Assembly: GCA_031278455.1 (NCBI GenBank)
Contig: JAITKJ010000006.1
Coordinates: 5,704-69,703, forward strand
Reading direction: 5' to 3'
DNA: 64,000 bases
DNA from: Puniceicoccales bacterium
GTDB lineage: Bacteria; Verrucomicrobiota; Verrucomicrobiia; Opitutales; JAIRLM01
Shown: positions 37,491 through 48,420 of the stretch, piece by piece
Layout of the letters: each line of letters opens with the position of its first letter
Position numbering within the stretch: position 1 is the first letter of the stretch
Made by a program: the position numbers and the translations under genes
The notes under the pieces: generated by a model
Seen by the model: the letters and a program-made list of their open reading frames with translations, nothing else
What the model was told of the DNA's origin: nothing
The model's database searches: none

Positions 37491-38982
37491 GTAATTTAAA
37501 AATTAATTCACCGCGTTCCTCCCGGTGAAAGGCTTTGGCAATGGTTGCCGCGTGGGCATTTTCCAATGAAATGGAGTTCTGAGCCAGATAATCGCAGATT
37601 TCCTTTTTGAGCAGCAGAATTTCAACGGCTGCTTTTTTCCCGGCTTCCACGCCCGGCTGATCATAGGCATTCACGTCAACCAACTCCGCGTAGAAACCCA
37701 CCGCGCGTTCGTACAAAGCAATTAGCATGCCAAGGGAAAATGGCGTAAGCTCCCGCAATGTAATGGTTATGGACATCCGCCCGCACTCACTCAGCGCTTC
37801 TCGGGTGCCAAGTAGAAATCCCTCAAGATAATCAGCGGCCTCTGCCGCATTGACCACATTTTGTCCGTTTGCCCGGCGGTTGCGGAGGATTTCGATGAAT
37901 GTAACAAAGAAATTATCTCTACCGTCCCGCAGCTGCTGCACGTATGCGTGCTGATCCGTGGACCCCTTGTTGCCGTACACGGTGAGGCCCTGGTGCACCG
38001 CGTTGCCCTTCCGGTCGAGACGCTTTCCCAGCGACTCCATAATAAGCTGTTGCAGATATTTGGCCAAAAGTCCCAGGCCGTCCCGGTATGGAATAATAAC
38101 CATGTCTTTGGCGCCTTTGCCTTGGGAAGCCACGTACCAGCACTGGGCCAGGCGCATGGCCGGATTGTTTTCGCGCGCGCGGGTGAGCTTGTCCATCTCT
38201 GCCGCTCCCTTTAAAAATGACCCCACGTCGATTCCATATAACGCCGCCGGAAGTAAGCCGACCGCGGAGGTGACACTTGTCCGCCCGCCAACCCAATCCC
38301 ACATGGGGAAAGTGGCCAGCCAATTTTCATCCTGGGCCCGTTGGTGGAGCTTGCTCCCGTCGCAAGTAATGGCAATGGCATGGGGCGGAAAGGGAATTTT
38401 GTGTTGAGCAAAAAATCCAGTCGTTGCCACCAGTGCGTTGTTGGGCTCTGGAGTTGATCCGGATTTGGAGGTAACGATGACCAAAGTGGTTCCCAGGTTG
38501 GGCTCCAAAGATTGGAAACATCGGGCGAATCCATCGGGATCCGTATTGTCGAGAAACAAGATTTCCAGGGGTGGGTTTTCTGGCATAAGAGCGTCCGCGA
38601 TCAGCTGTGGACCGAGGGCGGAACCGCCAATGCCAATGCAAAGCAGATGGGTAAACTTTTTACCTTCGGCGGTGATTTTGCCTTCGTGAATATCTCCGGC
38701 GAAGGACATAATTCGCTTGAACGTAGATTCGATGGCGTCGCCAGTGGATTTCTCCGGAGCTAATTCCGGCGCCCGCAGCCAATAATGGCCGACCTGCCGA
38801 CCCTCCGCGGCATTGGCAATGGAGCCGTTTTCCAATTGAACCATGGCCTCTATCGCCACCGCCATCAGGGGGGAAAGTTTTTGTGCCACGTCCCCGCCAA
38901 TGGGCACCTTGCTGCTATCCAAAGCAAACCCAAGATCATCAAACTTTATGTATCCACGGAGAAAATCCGCCAATGAGCCCAT
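37465..38982 (-). CDS. pgi: Glucose-6-phosphate isomerase
   Basis: Has the SIS motifs LLCIGIGGSALGPQ, TLVIVTSKSGSTPE and GGRTSVTSAVGLLP; 505 aa. Confidence 0.9.
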   Translation of the reverse strand: MGSLADFLRGYIKFDDLGFALDSSKVPIGGDVAQKLSPLMAVAIEAMVQLENGSIANAAEGRQVGHYWLRAPELAPEKSTGDAIESTFKRIMSFAGDIHEGKITAEGKKFTHLLCIGIGGSALGPQLIADALMPENPPLEILFLDNTDPDGFARCFQSLEPNLGTTLVIVTSKSGSTPEPNNALVATTGFFAQHKIPFPPHAIAITCDGSKLHQRAQDENWLATFPMWDWVGGRTSVTSAVGLLPAALYGIDVGSFLKGAAEMDKLTRARENNPAMRLAQCWYVASQGKGAKDMVIIPYRDGLGLLAKYLQQLIMESLGKRLDRKGNAVHQGLTVYGNKGSTDQHAYVQQLRDGRDNFFVTFIEILRNRRANGQNVVNAAEAADYLEGFLLGTREALSECGRMSITITLRELTPFSLGMLIALYERAVGFYAELVDVNAYDQPGVEAGKKAAVEILLLKKEICDYLAQNSISLENAHAATIAKAFHREERGELIFKLLEFIRANF

Positions 38983-39229
38983 GTGGCCATTATTCAGTCC
39001 TGGGTGGCATTTTCAAAACCATTTCGAAACTGGGAACCAAATGTGTCAAATGACACACTCGGAGTGTGTTGCAGTGTATCAGTGAGACATATGAATGGAA
39101 TTTGGGGCGGGAAAAACTATTCGCCGATTTAATAAAACGTACTTCGCAAAGACGTTACTGGTGCGCCCTAAAAGATTTTTGATAAAAAATGGCTAAGTTT
39201 GGTCGGCAAATTGCTAATAGGATGGCGTT

Positions 39230-41206
39230 ATGGCAGCGGAGACAAAACGAACGAAAATTTTAGGAATCGATTTGGGAACGACCAATTCCTGCATGGCGGT
39301 TATGGAGGGTGGGAAAGCGGTGGTCATCCCAAACGCGGAAGGTGCGCGGACGACGCCCTCCATTGTGGCATTCACCAAAAATGGTGAGCGGCTAGTGGGA
39401 CAGGCGGCCAAACGGCAGGCGATCACAAACCCACAAAACACTATTTTTTCCATCAAGCGGCTCATCGGAAGGAAAAAGGAAGAAATCGATCGGGAATCGA
39501 GGAAGTTTCCCTACACGGTTGTTGCAGGAAAAAACGGTGATGCCTGGGTGGAGGTTAACGCAAACGGCGAAACCAAGCGTTATTCGCCGGAGGAAATTTC
39601 TTCCATGATCCTGGCCAAACTTAAGGCGGATGCGGAGAAGTACTTGGGAGAGCCCATTACGAAGGCGGTCATCACCGTTCCGGCCTATTTCAACGATTCC
39701 CAGCGGCAGGCCACCAAGGACGCGGGACAAATCGCCGGTTTGGAAGTGCTGCGCATTATCAATGAACCAACGGCGGCGTCCCTGGCCTATGGCCTGGATA
39801 AGAAAAAGGAGGAGAAAATAGCAGTCTATGACTTGGGTGGCGGCACATTTGATATTTCCATCCTTGAAATCGGCGACAGCGTTTTCGAGGTAAAGGCAAC
39901 CAATGGGGACACACAATTGGGCGGCGACGACTGGGACGAGGCCATCATCAAATGGCTGGCGGATCAATTCCAGCGGGACAACGGCATTGATTTGCGCAAG
40001 GACCCCATGGCCCTGCAGCGGCTGAAGGAAGAAGGAGAAAAAGCCAAAATTGCACTTTCATCGGCGCAAGAAACAGATATCAATCTGCCATTCATTACTG
40101 CGGACGCATCTGGACCCAAGCATTTGAACGTCAAGTTGCGCCGTTCGGAGTTGGAGCGCATTTGTGAGAGTCTGGTAAAACGCACTATACCGCCATTCGA
40201 AGCATGCCTCAAGGACGCGGGAATTAGCGCCGGTGGCGTCAATGAGTTGGTACTTGTCGGCGGCATGACCCGCAATCCGCAGGTGATCGAAACGGCGCGG
40301 ACACTCACTGGTAAAACGCCAAACCAGGGGGTCAATCCGGACGAAGTGGTTGCCATCGGAGCCGCCATACAAGGTGGTGTGCTACAGGGAGACGCTGGCG
40401 TCGGAAGCATTCTGCTATTGGATGTAACGCCGCTGACACTGGGCATCGAAACGGCGGGGGGAATTTCCACGCCCATGATCGAGCGCAATACCACCATCCC
40501 AACCAAGAAAACACAGACTTTCACCACCTATGCGGACGGGCAAACCGGTGTGGACGTGCATATTCTCCAAGGCGAACGGCCAATGGCCTGTGACAATAAA
40601 AGTCTGGGGAACTTTCGATTGGAGGGTATTCCCTTGGCTCCACGCGGGGTTCCGCAGATCGAGGTAACATTTGACATCGACGCAAACGGCATCTTGCACG
40701 TAACCGCCAGGGACAAGGGCAGCGGAAAGGAGCAGACCATTACCATTAGCGGTGGCTCTGGATTGGATAAATCAGAGGTGGAGCGGCTGCAAAAGGATGC
40801 GGAAATGTACGCGGCAGCGGATAAAGAACGCAAGGAGAAGGCTGAGGCGCGCAATCAGCTGGATTCGTCGATTTATCAAACAGGAAAACAGTTGGAAGAG
40901 CTGAAGGACAAGTTTTCCGAGGCAGACCGCAATGGAATTCAAAATGCCCTAAATGAGGCCAAGAAGGTGTTTGAAAATGCTGGAGCCTCCACCGGGGAAA
41001 TGAATTTGGCTCGGGAGGCGCTGATGAAGCAATTTCAAACGGTGGCACAAAAGATGTACGCCCAGTCACCGCCGCCGGGGGGTGAAAACGCCGCCGGAGC
41101 GCCACCGCCACCACCACCGGGAGCTGCTGGTACGACGCCTAGAGCAGCGCCCGGCGGAGAAAAGGTGGTCGATGCGGATTTCGAGGTGGTTGATGACAAG
41201 AAGTAA
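39230..41206 (+). CDS. dnaK: Molecular chaperone DnaK (Hsp70)
   Basis: [37 protein letters not shown]; 658 aa. Pro/Gly-rich C-terminus ending [11 protein letters not shown]. Confidence 0.97.
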   Translation: MAAETKRTKILGIDLGTTNSCMAVMEGGKAVVIPNAEGARTTPSIVAFTKNGERLVGQAAKRQAITNPQNTIFSIKRLIGRKKEEIDRESRKFPYTVVAGKNGDAWVEVNANGETKRYSPEEISSMILAKLKADAEKYLGEPITKAVITVPAYFNDSQRQATKDAGQIAGLEVLRIINEPTAASLAYGLDKKKEEKIAVYDLGGGTFDISILEIGDSVFEVKATNGDTQLGGDDWDEAIIKWLADQFQRDNGIDLRKDPMALQRLKEEGEKAKIALSSAQETDINLPFITADASGPKHLNVKLRRSELERICESLVKRTIPPFEACLKDAGISAGGVNELVLVGGMTRNPQVIETARTLTGKTPNQGVNPDEVVAIGAAIQGGVLQGDAGVGSILLLDVTPLTLGIETAGGISTPMIERNTTIPTKKTQTFTTYADGQTGVDVHILQGERPMACDNKSLGNFRLEGIPLAPRGVPQIEVTFDIDANGILHVTARDKGSGKEQTITISGGSGLDKSEVERLQKDAEMYAAADKERKEKAEARNQLDSSIYQTGKQLEELKDKFSEADRNGIQNALNEAKKVFENAGASTGEMNLAREALMKQFQTVAQKMYAQSPPPGGENAAGAPPPPPPGAAGTTPRAAPGGEKVVDADFEVVDDKK

Positions 41207-41365
41207 CCGGACATTGGCAGGGGGTTAATTCAGAAATCGGCCGGAGAAAGTTTAAAAAAATTTGCCAAGCAAAAAAAATGGACCCATAAGGAGCCGTTAC
41301 CCTCCGAGGAGGCGGTTTCGGCCCCTGGGTTGGGCTAAGAATTTCTAACCGAAAGGAGATGTATT

Positions 41366-41680
41366 ATGAGCAAGCCAAATATTAAACCATTGGGTGATCG
41401 GGTGTTGGTCAAGCGGCGGAAGGACGCCGAACAAGTCAAAGGCGGGATCGTCATTCCGGACACGGCGAAAGAACAGTCCCAGGAGGCGGAGGTCATCGCC
41501 TTGGGCACGGGGAATGTGTGCGATTGCAAGGACGATTGCTGCAAGGACAAAAAGGTGAATTTCGAGGTCAAGGCTGGCGATCGGGTGCTTATCAATCGTT
41601 ACGGCGGCAATGAAATCAAAATAGATGGGGTGGAATATCTTATCATACGCCAGAATGACATTCTGGCGATTCTTTCCTAG
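41366..41680 (+). CDS. groES: Co-chaperonin GroES with Cys-rich roof-loop insertion
   Basis: IKPLGDRVLVKR...GGIVIPDTAK...ALGTG-NVCDCKDDCCKDKK-VNFEVKAGD; 104 aa. RBS AAAGGAG lies upstream. Confidence 0.95.
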   Translation: MSKPNIKPLGDRVLVKRRKDAEQVKGGIVIPDTAKEQSQEAEVIALGTGNVCDCKDDCCKDKKVNFEVKAGDRVLINRYGGNEIKIDGVEYLIIRQNDILAILS

Positions 41681-41697
41681 GAGAGTTTAAAGTTTAA

Positions 41698-43350
<1,653 letters not shown>

Positions 43351-43392
43351 GCCGCTAAATTCGGATTTTGGAATTGAACGAAATCCGTTATT

Positions 43393-43418
43393 CGCGCGGA
43401 CACGTCCGTGTCCGCGCG
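43393..43418 (+). terminator. GC-rich hairpin (11-bp perfect stem, 4-nt loop) 43 nt downstream of groEL; no U-tract
   Basis: CGCGCGGACAC-GTCC-GTGTCCGCGCG. Confidence 0.45.
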
Positions 43419-43830
43419 GAGGGTGAATTGGCCGATCTGTAAAAGATCCGTGGTTTGTTGGGCCTTCGCTTCTACCTCTTCTGGCGTAGACACTAGCAGA
43501 TTCAATTTGCTCGGATTTACCACGTAACAATCGGCATGCGTTCGGCCACACACACAACTGGGAGTCCACCTTAGCGGTTACGGAGAGCGATGAGTAAGTA
43601 TGTGAGAAATAATAGACTAATTCAATAGTGTGCCAGATCTCCGCGAAGTATCTGTGCATTTTTTAGGTTACCTGAAATAAAATTGCAGAAAATTCGAGAC
43701 AATGGGTTAATGATCGCTTTCATGTCATCAAAGAATCGGCGATTTGGTAGTGCGCGTGTATATATTTCCCTGAAATGAATGCGGTGGGTATTTCGTCTTT
43801 TTAAAGGAGTTGCCAAGAGGAATTTGAAAG

Positions 43831-45321
43831 ATGAAGTCTGCTAAAAACGCCATAAGCCCCACTCGCAAAGAAAACTATGCAGAGTGGTACCAGCAGGTAA
43901 TCCGCGCCGCTGACCTGGCCGAGAGTAGCCCCGTGCGGGGCTGTATGGTTATAAAACCCTGGGGGTACGCGATTTGGGAGCGGATGCAAGTCGTATTGGA
44001 TTCCATGATTAAGGAAACTGGACACGTAAACGCCTATTTCCCATTGTTTATCCCAAAAAGTTTTTTTGAAAAAGAAGCCGCGCACGTGGAGGGCTTTGCA
44101 AAGGAGTGCGCCGTGGTTACTCATTCCCGCCTGGTTCCAGATGGGAACGGCAGATTAAAGCCGGCATCGCCGCTGGAGGAGCCTCTCATCGTCCGGCCAA
44201 CCTCGGAAACTATCATCGGGGAGTCCTTTTCCCGTTGGGTTCAGTCCTACCGTGATTTGCCATTGCTCATTAATCAATGGGCCAATGTGGTCCGCTGGGA
44301 GATGCGCACACGGCTTTTCCTGCGCACCAGTGAATTCCTCTGGCAAGAAGGTCACACGGCCCATGCCTCACAGGAGGAGGCCAAAGCAGAGGCAATGCGC
44401 ATGCTGGAAGTTTATCGGGTATTTGCCGAGGAGCATATGGCCATGCCGGTTATTTGCGGGCAAAAACCGGAAAGCGAGCGCTTTCCGGGTGCCGTTGAAA
44501 CTCTGGCCATCGAGGCCATGATGCAGGATGGCAAGGCTTTGCAGGCAGGCACCTCTCATTTCCTTGGGCAGAATTTTGCCCGGGCGTGTAATATTCAGTT
44601 TGCCGACCCGGATGGCAAATTAACCCACGCCTGGACCACGTCCTGGGGGGTAAGCACCCGGCTTATGGGCGGGCTTATCATGGTTCACTCCGACGATGAC
44701 GGGCTAGTTTTGCCACCCCAATTGGCGCCCCAGCAAATTGTCATTCTTCCAATTTTGCATAATGCGGAGGAAACGCAGACAATCTTAGACTATTGTGAAA
44801 CGCTTCGCTTCCGACTACGTGCGAAAACCTATCACGGCCAAACTCTTCGCGTCTTGGTGGATACCCGTGATCGGCGCGGTGGTGAAAAATCATGGGAATG
44901 GATCAAAAAAGGCGTCCCCATTCGCGCGGAGGCAGGCGCACGTGAACTTCAAAGCGGGCATGTATCAATCGTGCGGAGAGACAACGGCCAAAAAAATTTG
45001 CTGCAAATTAACGAGTTTGTCGAAAAAGCCGAAGCATTGTTAGCTGATATTCAGGAATCATTATTCCGTCGGGCAATGGAGTTGAGAGCGCAGAAAAGCA
45101 AACGTATTGGAACCTATGCGGAGTTCAAAGAATTTTTCCAGGGTGAAGGATGCGGATTTGCTGAGACATTCTTTTCCTTTGACGGCGAAGCCGAAGAAAA
45201 AATTCGTTCCATGGGCATCACGCCGCGTTGTATACCACTCGCGAGCAATTCTCAAACGAGGCCATGCTTTGTCCATCCAGATCGACCTGGGCAGTTTGTC
45301 ATTTGGGCCAAGTCCTATTGA
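43831..45321 (+). CDS. proS: Prolyl-tRNA synthetase, archaeal/eukaryote-like architecture
   Basis: 496 aa with no bacterial INS editing insertion. Has class II motifs (FRDLPLL.., RTSEFLWQEGHT) and the C-terminal extension ending in Tyr (..WAKSY) typical of the archaeal-type enzyme. Confidence 0.9.
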   Translation: MKSAKNAISPTRKENYAEWYQQVIRAADLAESSPVRGCMVIKPWGYAIWERMQVVLDSMIKETGHVNAYFPLFIPKSFFEKEAAHVEGFAKECAVVTHSRLVPDGNGRLKPASPLEEPLIVRPTSETIIGESFSRWVQSYRDLPLLINQWANVVRWEMRTRLFLRTSEFLWQEGHTAHASQEEAKAEAMRMLEVYRVFAEEHMAMPVICGQKPESERFPGAVETLAIEAMMQDGKALQAGTSHFLGQNFARACNIQFADPDGKLTHAWTTSWGVSTRLMGGLIMVHSDDDGLVLPPQLAPQQIVILPILHNAEETQTILDYCETLRFRLRAKTYHGQTLRVLVDTRDRRGGEKSWEWIKKGVPIRAEAGARELQSGHVSIVRRDNGQKNLLQINEFVEKAEALLADIQESLFRRAMELRAQKSKRIGTYAEFKEFFQGEGCGFAETFFSFDGEAEEKIRSMGITPRCIPLASNSQTRPCFVHPDRPGQFVIWAKSY

Positions 45322-45340
45322 CCAAACCAGACCGCTACAT

Positions 45341-45604
45341 CTAGGATTTAGGCGCAGCGAGTAACGGCGTAAGCTGATTAACAGCTTGGGACTCCAGGGT
45401 GCCAGATGCGATAAGCACGCAAGGAGTTCCGTTTTTTGCTGCCAACGCAAGTAGGTTGAGGAGATTATTTGCACTTACTAATTTTTCGGCATAGAAGATT
45501 GCCACATCTGTGTTCGCAAAACTACTACTTGTTTTTTTAATCTTAAGCGCAATGGCATAATCAATGTCGCAACCAAGCGTGATGTTTGCCATGATCATAA
45601 ACAC
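45341..45604 (-). CDS. Small hypothetical protein, weakly STAS-domain-like
   Basis: ITLGCDIDYAIALKIKK...DVAIFYAEKLVSANNLLNLLALAAKNGTPCVLIASGTLESQAVNQL follows the STAS spacing pattern but lacks the DSSG Ser. It lies 80 bp downstream of folD on the same strand. Confidence 0.35.
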   Translation of the reverse strand: MFMIMANITLGCDIDYAIALKIKKTSSSFANTDVAIFYAEKLVSANNLLNLLALAAKNGTPCVLIASGTLESQAVNQLTPLLAAPKS

Positions 45605-45683
45605 ACAATATGCATCAGGGCATTAATGCTCAAGTCGAAACATAACAAGCCGGAATAAAATTATTACTTATTATGCGATAGAT

Positions 45684-46550
45684 CTATTCGTGTTCACATG
45701 CTTGAATTACATTTTCCATGAGCATGGCGACGGTCATAGGGCCAACGCCACCAGGGACAGGCGTGATATACATACATCGTGGGGCGACCGACCGGAAATC
45801 CACATCGCCACAAAGCAATCCGCTTTCATCGCGATTTTGTCCAACGTCGACAACAACAATTCCGTTTTTAACCATATCTGCCGTTACCAGTTTAGCGCGG
45901 CCCGCCGCGACAACAAGAATGTCCGCCGCACGTGTAATACTGGCCAAATTCTGGCTTCTGGAATGGCAAATGGTGACCGTGGCATTTACCGTGCGGCTCT
46001 GTAAAAGTAATCCAAGCGGCCGACCAACGATGGAACTTCTTCCAATAATGACTACGTGACGGCCTGCCAGCGGAATATCATGGGCATGCAGAAGTCGCAG
46101 TATACCCTTTGGTGTGCATGGCACAAATCCCGAGGAGTCCTCGCAGGCCAATTTGCCAACATTGACCGGATGAAAACCATCCACGTCCTTTTTCGGATCG
46201 ATTGCATTAAAAACGGATCGTTGGTACTCCGCCGATGGCAATGGCGCCTGGACCATGATGGCATCAACGGACGGGGAGTTATTCCACTGGGAAATTTTTT
46301 CTTCAACGGATTCCAACGGCGTACCAATCGGGAAAACAGATGCGGTGCATTCAATGCCTATCTTTTCTGCCACCGCGCACTTACGCCGCATGTAAAGTGC
46401 GGATGCTGGATTTTCTCCTATGCGGAGCAACGCAAGTTTTGGTTTCCTTCCCGTGCGCACTAGGAACGATTCAGCCTTGTCCCGCAATGCAACAAGCATC
46501 TCCTCACCAATCCGTTGGCCATCAAGGATTTGTGGAAATGTCAAATTCAT
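45684..46550 (-). CDS. folD: Bifunctional methylenetetrahydrofolate dehydrogenase/cyclohydrolase
   Basis: ILDGQ...LALLRIGENPASALYMRRK, PCTPKGILRLL, VVIIGRSSIVGRPL, PVPGGVGPMTVAMLM. The ATG at 46550 forms an ATGA overlap with the stop of the upstream ABC ATPase. Confidence 0.9.
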   Translation of the reverse strand: MNLTFPQILDGQRIGEEMLVALRDKAESFLVRTGRKPKLALLRIGENPASALYMRRKCAVAEKIGIECTASVFPIGTPLESVEEKISQWNNSPSVDAIMVQAPLPSAEYQRSVFNAIDPKKDVDGFHPVNVGKLACEDSSGFVPCTPKGILRLLHAHDIPLAGRHVVIIGRSSIVGRPLGLLLQSRTVNATVTICHSRSQNLASITRAADILVVAAGRAKLVTADMVKNGIVVVDVGQNRDESGLLCGDVDFRSVAPRCMYITPVPGGVGPMTVAMLMENVIQACEHE

Positions 46551-47308
46551 GAACGTGCCGACCATTTGCTCTCTCCACGAAATGTTCTTATGCGACCATC
46601 CTCAAGCATAATGATGCGATCGGAGAGAAATTCCACCGCTGGAATATCGTGGGAGATGAACAAAAGTGTCAACCCGCGGGAGGCTCGTAGGGATTGTAAT
46701 AATTCCAAAATTTCATGCCGCACACATGAGTCAAGGGCACTGATAATTTCGTCGCAAATGAGTACTCTCGGCCGTACGGCCAAGGCCCTGGCGACAGCTA
46801 TCCGCTGTTTTTGCCCGCCACTCAATTCTGCCGGCTTGCGACCCATGACATCCTTCGACAGATGGACGGCCGCAAGTAAATTTTCCACTTCATCACGCAC
46901 TCCCTCGCGAGATATTTTTCGGTGAATTTGTAATGGCTCCTTGAGCGTCTTAAACACGGTCCACATGGGATCGAGCGCCGTATGTGGCGATTGTGTGATT
47001 AATTGAACCCACCGGCAAAATTCCAGACGGCTTTTCCCGGCATCTGGTGCATACCAGATGGTCCCCGTGTGTGAAACTGGAGCTCCGACGAGAACGCGAG
47101 CGATGGTTGATTTGCCGCTTCCGCTTTCGCCAACAAGCCCAAGACATTCTCCGGCAAAGAGATCAAAGTTGACGTTTTGTAAAATTTTGTTTTCCTGGAC
47201 ACCGCTTGCGGAATAGCATGCGCACAGATTACGCACGCATATTAGGGATGCGCGATTATGGCGACACTGAAGATTCTCCGTCTTCATTGGATTTGTGGGA
47301 TTAAGCAC
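46547..47308 (-). CDS. ABC transporter ATP-binding protein, OppF/DppF-like (short form)
   Basis: Walker A GESGSGKST, LSGGQKQRIAVARAL, LICDEIISALD; 253 aa. Confidence 0.85.
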   Translation of the reverse strand: MLNPTNPMKTENLQCRHNRASLICVRNLCACYSASGVQENKILQNVNFDLFAGECLGLVGESGSGKSTIARVLVGAPVSHTGTIWYAPDAGKSRLEFCRWVQLITQSPHTALDPMWTVFKTLKEPLQIHRKISREGVRDEVENLLAAVHLSKDVMGRKPAELSGGQKQRIAVARALAVRPRVLICDEIISALDSCVRHEILELLQSLRASRGLTLLFISHDIPAVEFLSDRIIMLEDGRIRTFRGESKWSARS

Positions 47309-47321
47309 AGGATTTGTGGTT

Positions 47322-48107
47322 CTAAAAGGAAAATGTACCTAACAGTTCTTTCGTGTATTCACGATTGGGATTTGTGAAAATATCGAAAGTCTTTCCAAAT
47401 TCCACCACGCACCCCCTCCGCATTATCGCCACTCGCTGGGCCATTTCGCGGACAATACGCAAATTGTGGGCAATAAGAAGCATCGCAAAACCATCCGTCC
47501 GCTGCAGTTCTAGGAGCAAGTCTAACACAATTCGTTCCGAAATGCTGTCTAATGCCGTTGTTGGCTCATCGGCGATGAGCAATTGGGGATGGTTGCAAAT
47601 GGCCATGGCGATTCCAACCCGCTGCTGCATACCGCCGCTTAATTGATGGGCGCGTGCGCGCAGAATTTCTTCCGGATTTTTGAAGTGAAGTCGTTCCAAG
47701 GTGCGCACTGCAGCCTGGCGGACCTTTCGCCGGGGCAGGCGCGAATTATGAATTCGTATACACTCACAGATCTGAAATCCAATGGTTCTCATGGGGTTTA
47801 AACACGCCATGGGTTCCTGAAAAATATAGGCGATGCACTTGCCCCGTATTTTTTGCATTTCCTTTTCGCCCAAGTTTAGAAGCGGCACACCCGCGAACGT
47901 AATTTTACCTCCAACGCGTGCATTTTGCGGCAATAACCCGCCGATTGCCAAAGTAGTGAGCGATTTTCCGCTACCACTTTCGCCGACCAGGGCAAGAATC
48001 TCGCCGCAGGCAATTTCCAAGGAAACGTCGAAAATAGTTGGCTTTAGGCTGCCTGTTTTTGTTTCAACGAACGTGATGGAAAGATTCTGAAGCTCGAGTA
48101 ATGGCAT
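47322..48107 (-). CDS. ABC transporter ATP-binding protein, OppD/DppD-like (short form)
   Basis: GESGSGKSLTTLAI, QLSGGMQQRVGIAMA, LIADEPTTALD; 261 aa. Confidence 0.85.
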   Translation of the reverse strand: MPLLELQNLSITFVETKTGSLKPTIFDVSLEIACGEILALVGESGSGKSLTTLAIGGLLPQNARVGGKITFAGVPLLNLGEKEMQKIRGKCIAYIFQEPMACLNPMRTIGFQICECIRIHNSRLPRRKVRQAAVRTLERLHFKNPEEILRARAHQLSGGMQQRVGIAMAICNHPQLLIADEPTTALDSISERIVLDLLLELQRTDGFAMLLIAHNLRIVREMAQRVAIMRRGCVVEFGKTFDIFTNPNREYTKELLGTFSF

Positions 48108-48420
48108 GGTTTTGGAATAAAATCCGTGCCGATGATATCATTTTGAAAAACTTTACAATTCAATGAAAAACATGATCCATTATCTCGATACTTGAAGGTA
48201 GCCATCTTTCACGCAGTAATCGGTCGGATGCGTTCATTTTGGAAAACTTATCGCAGAAAAATGCTTGCTTTTTGTTTTATGAACGAGGATAGTATGGATA
48301 TCCCATTGGGATGTGGATTTCGCACTGACGGATACAAAAGGTGCGTTTGGCCCGCGCTAGAAGCGGGCAAATCTTGCAACGGGATTGCAGATATTGTCAT
48401 TTAATTAGGAGAAAGTAATA

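Noticed and set aside
38983-39229. Canonical CIRCE (HrcA operator) upstream of dnaK, and likewise upstream of groES at 41207-41365
   Set aside because: No TTAGCACTC-N9-GAGTGCTAA-like element is present. Only the differently spaced palindromes reported in the findings were seen.
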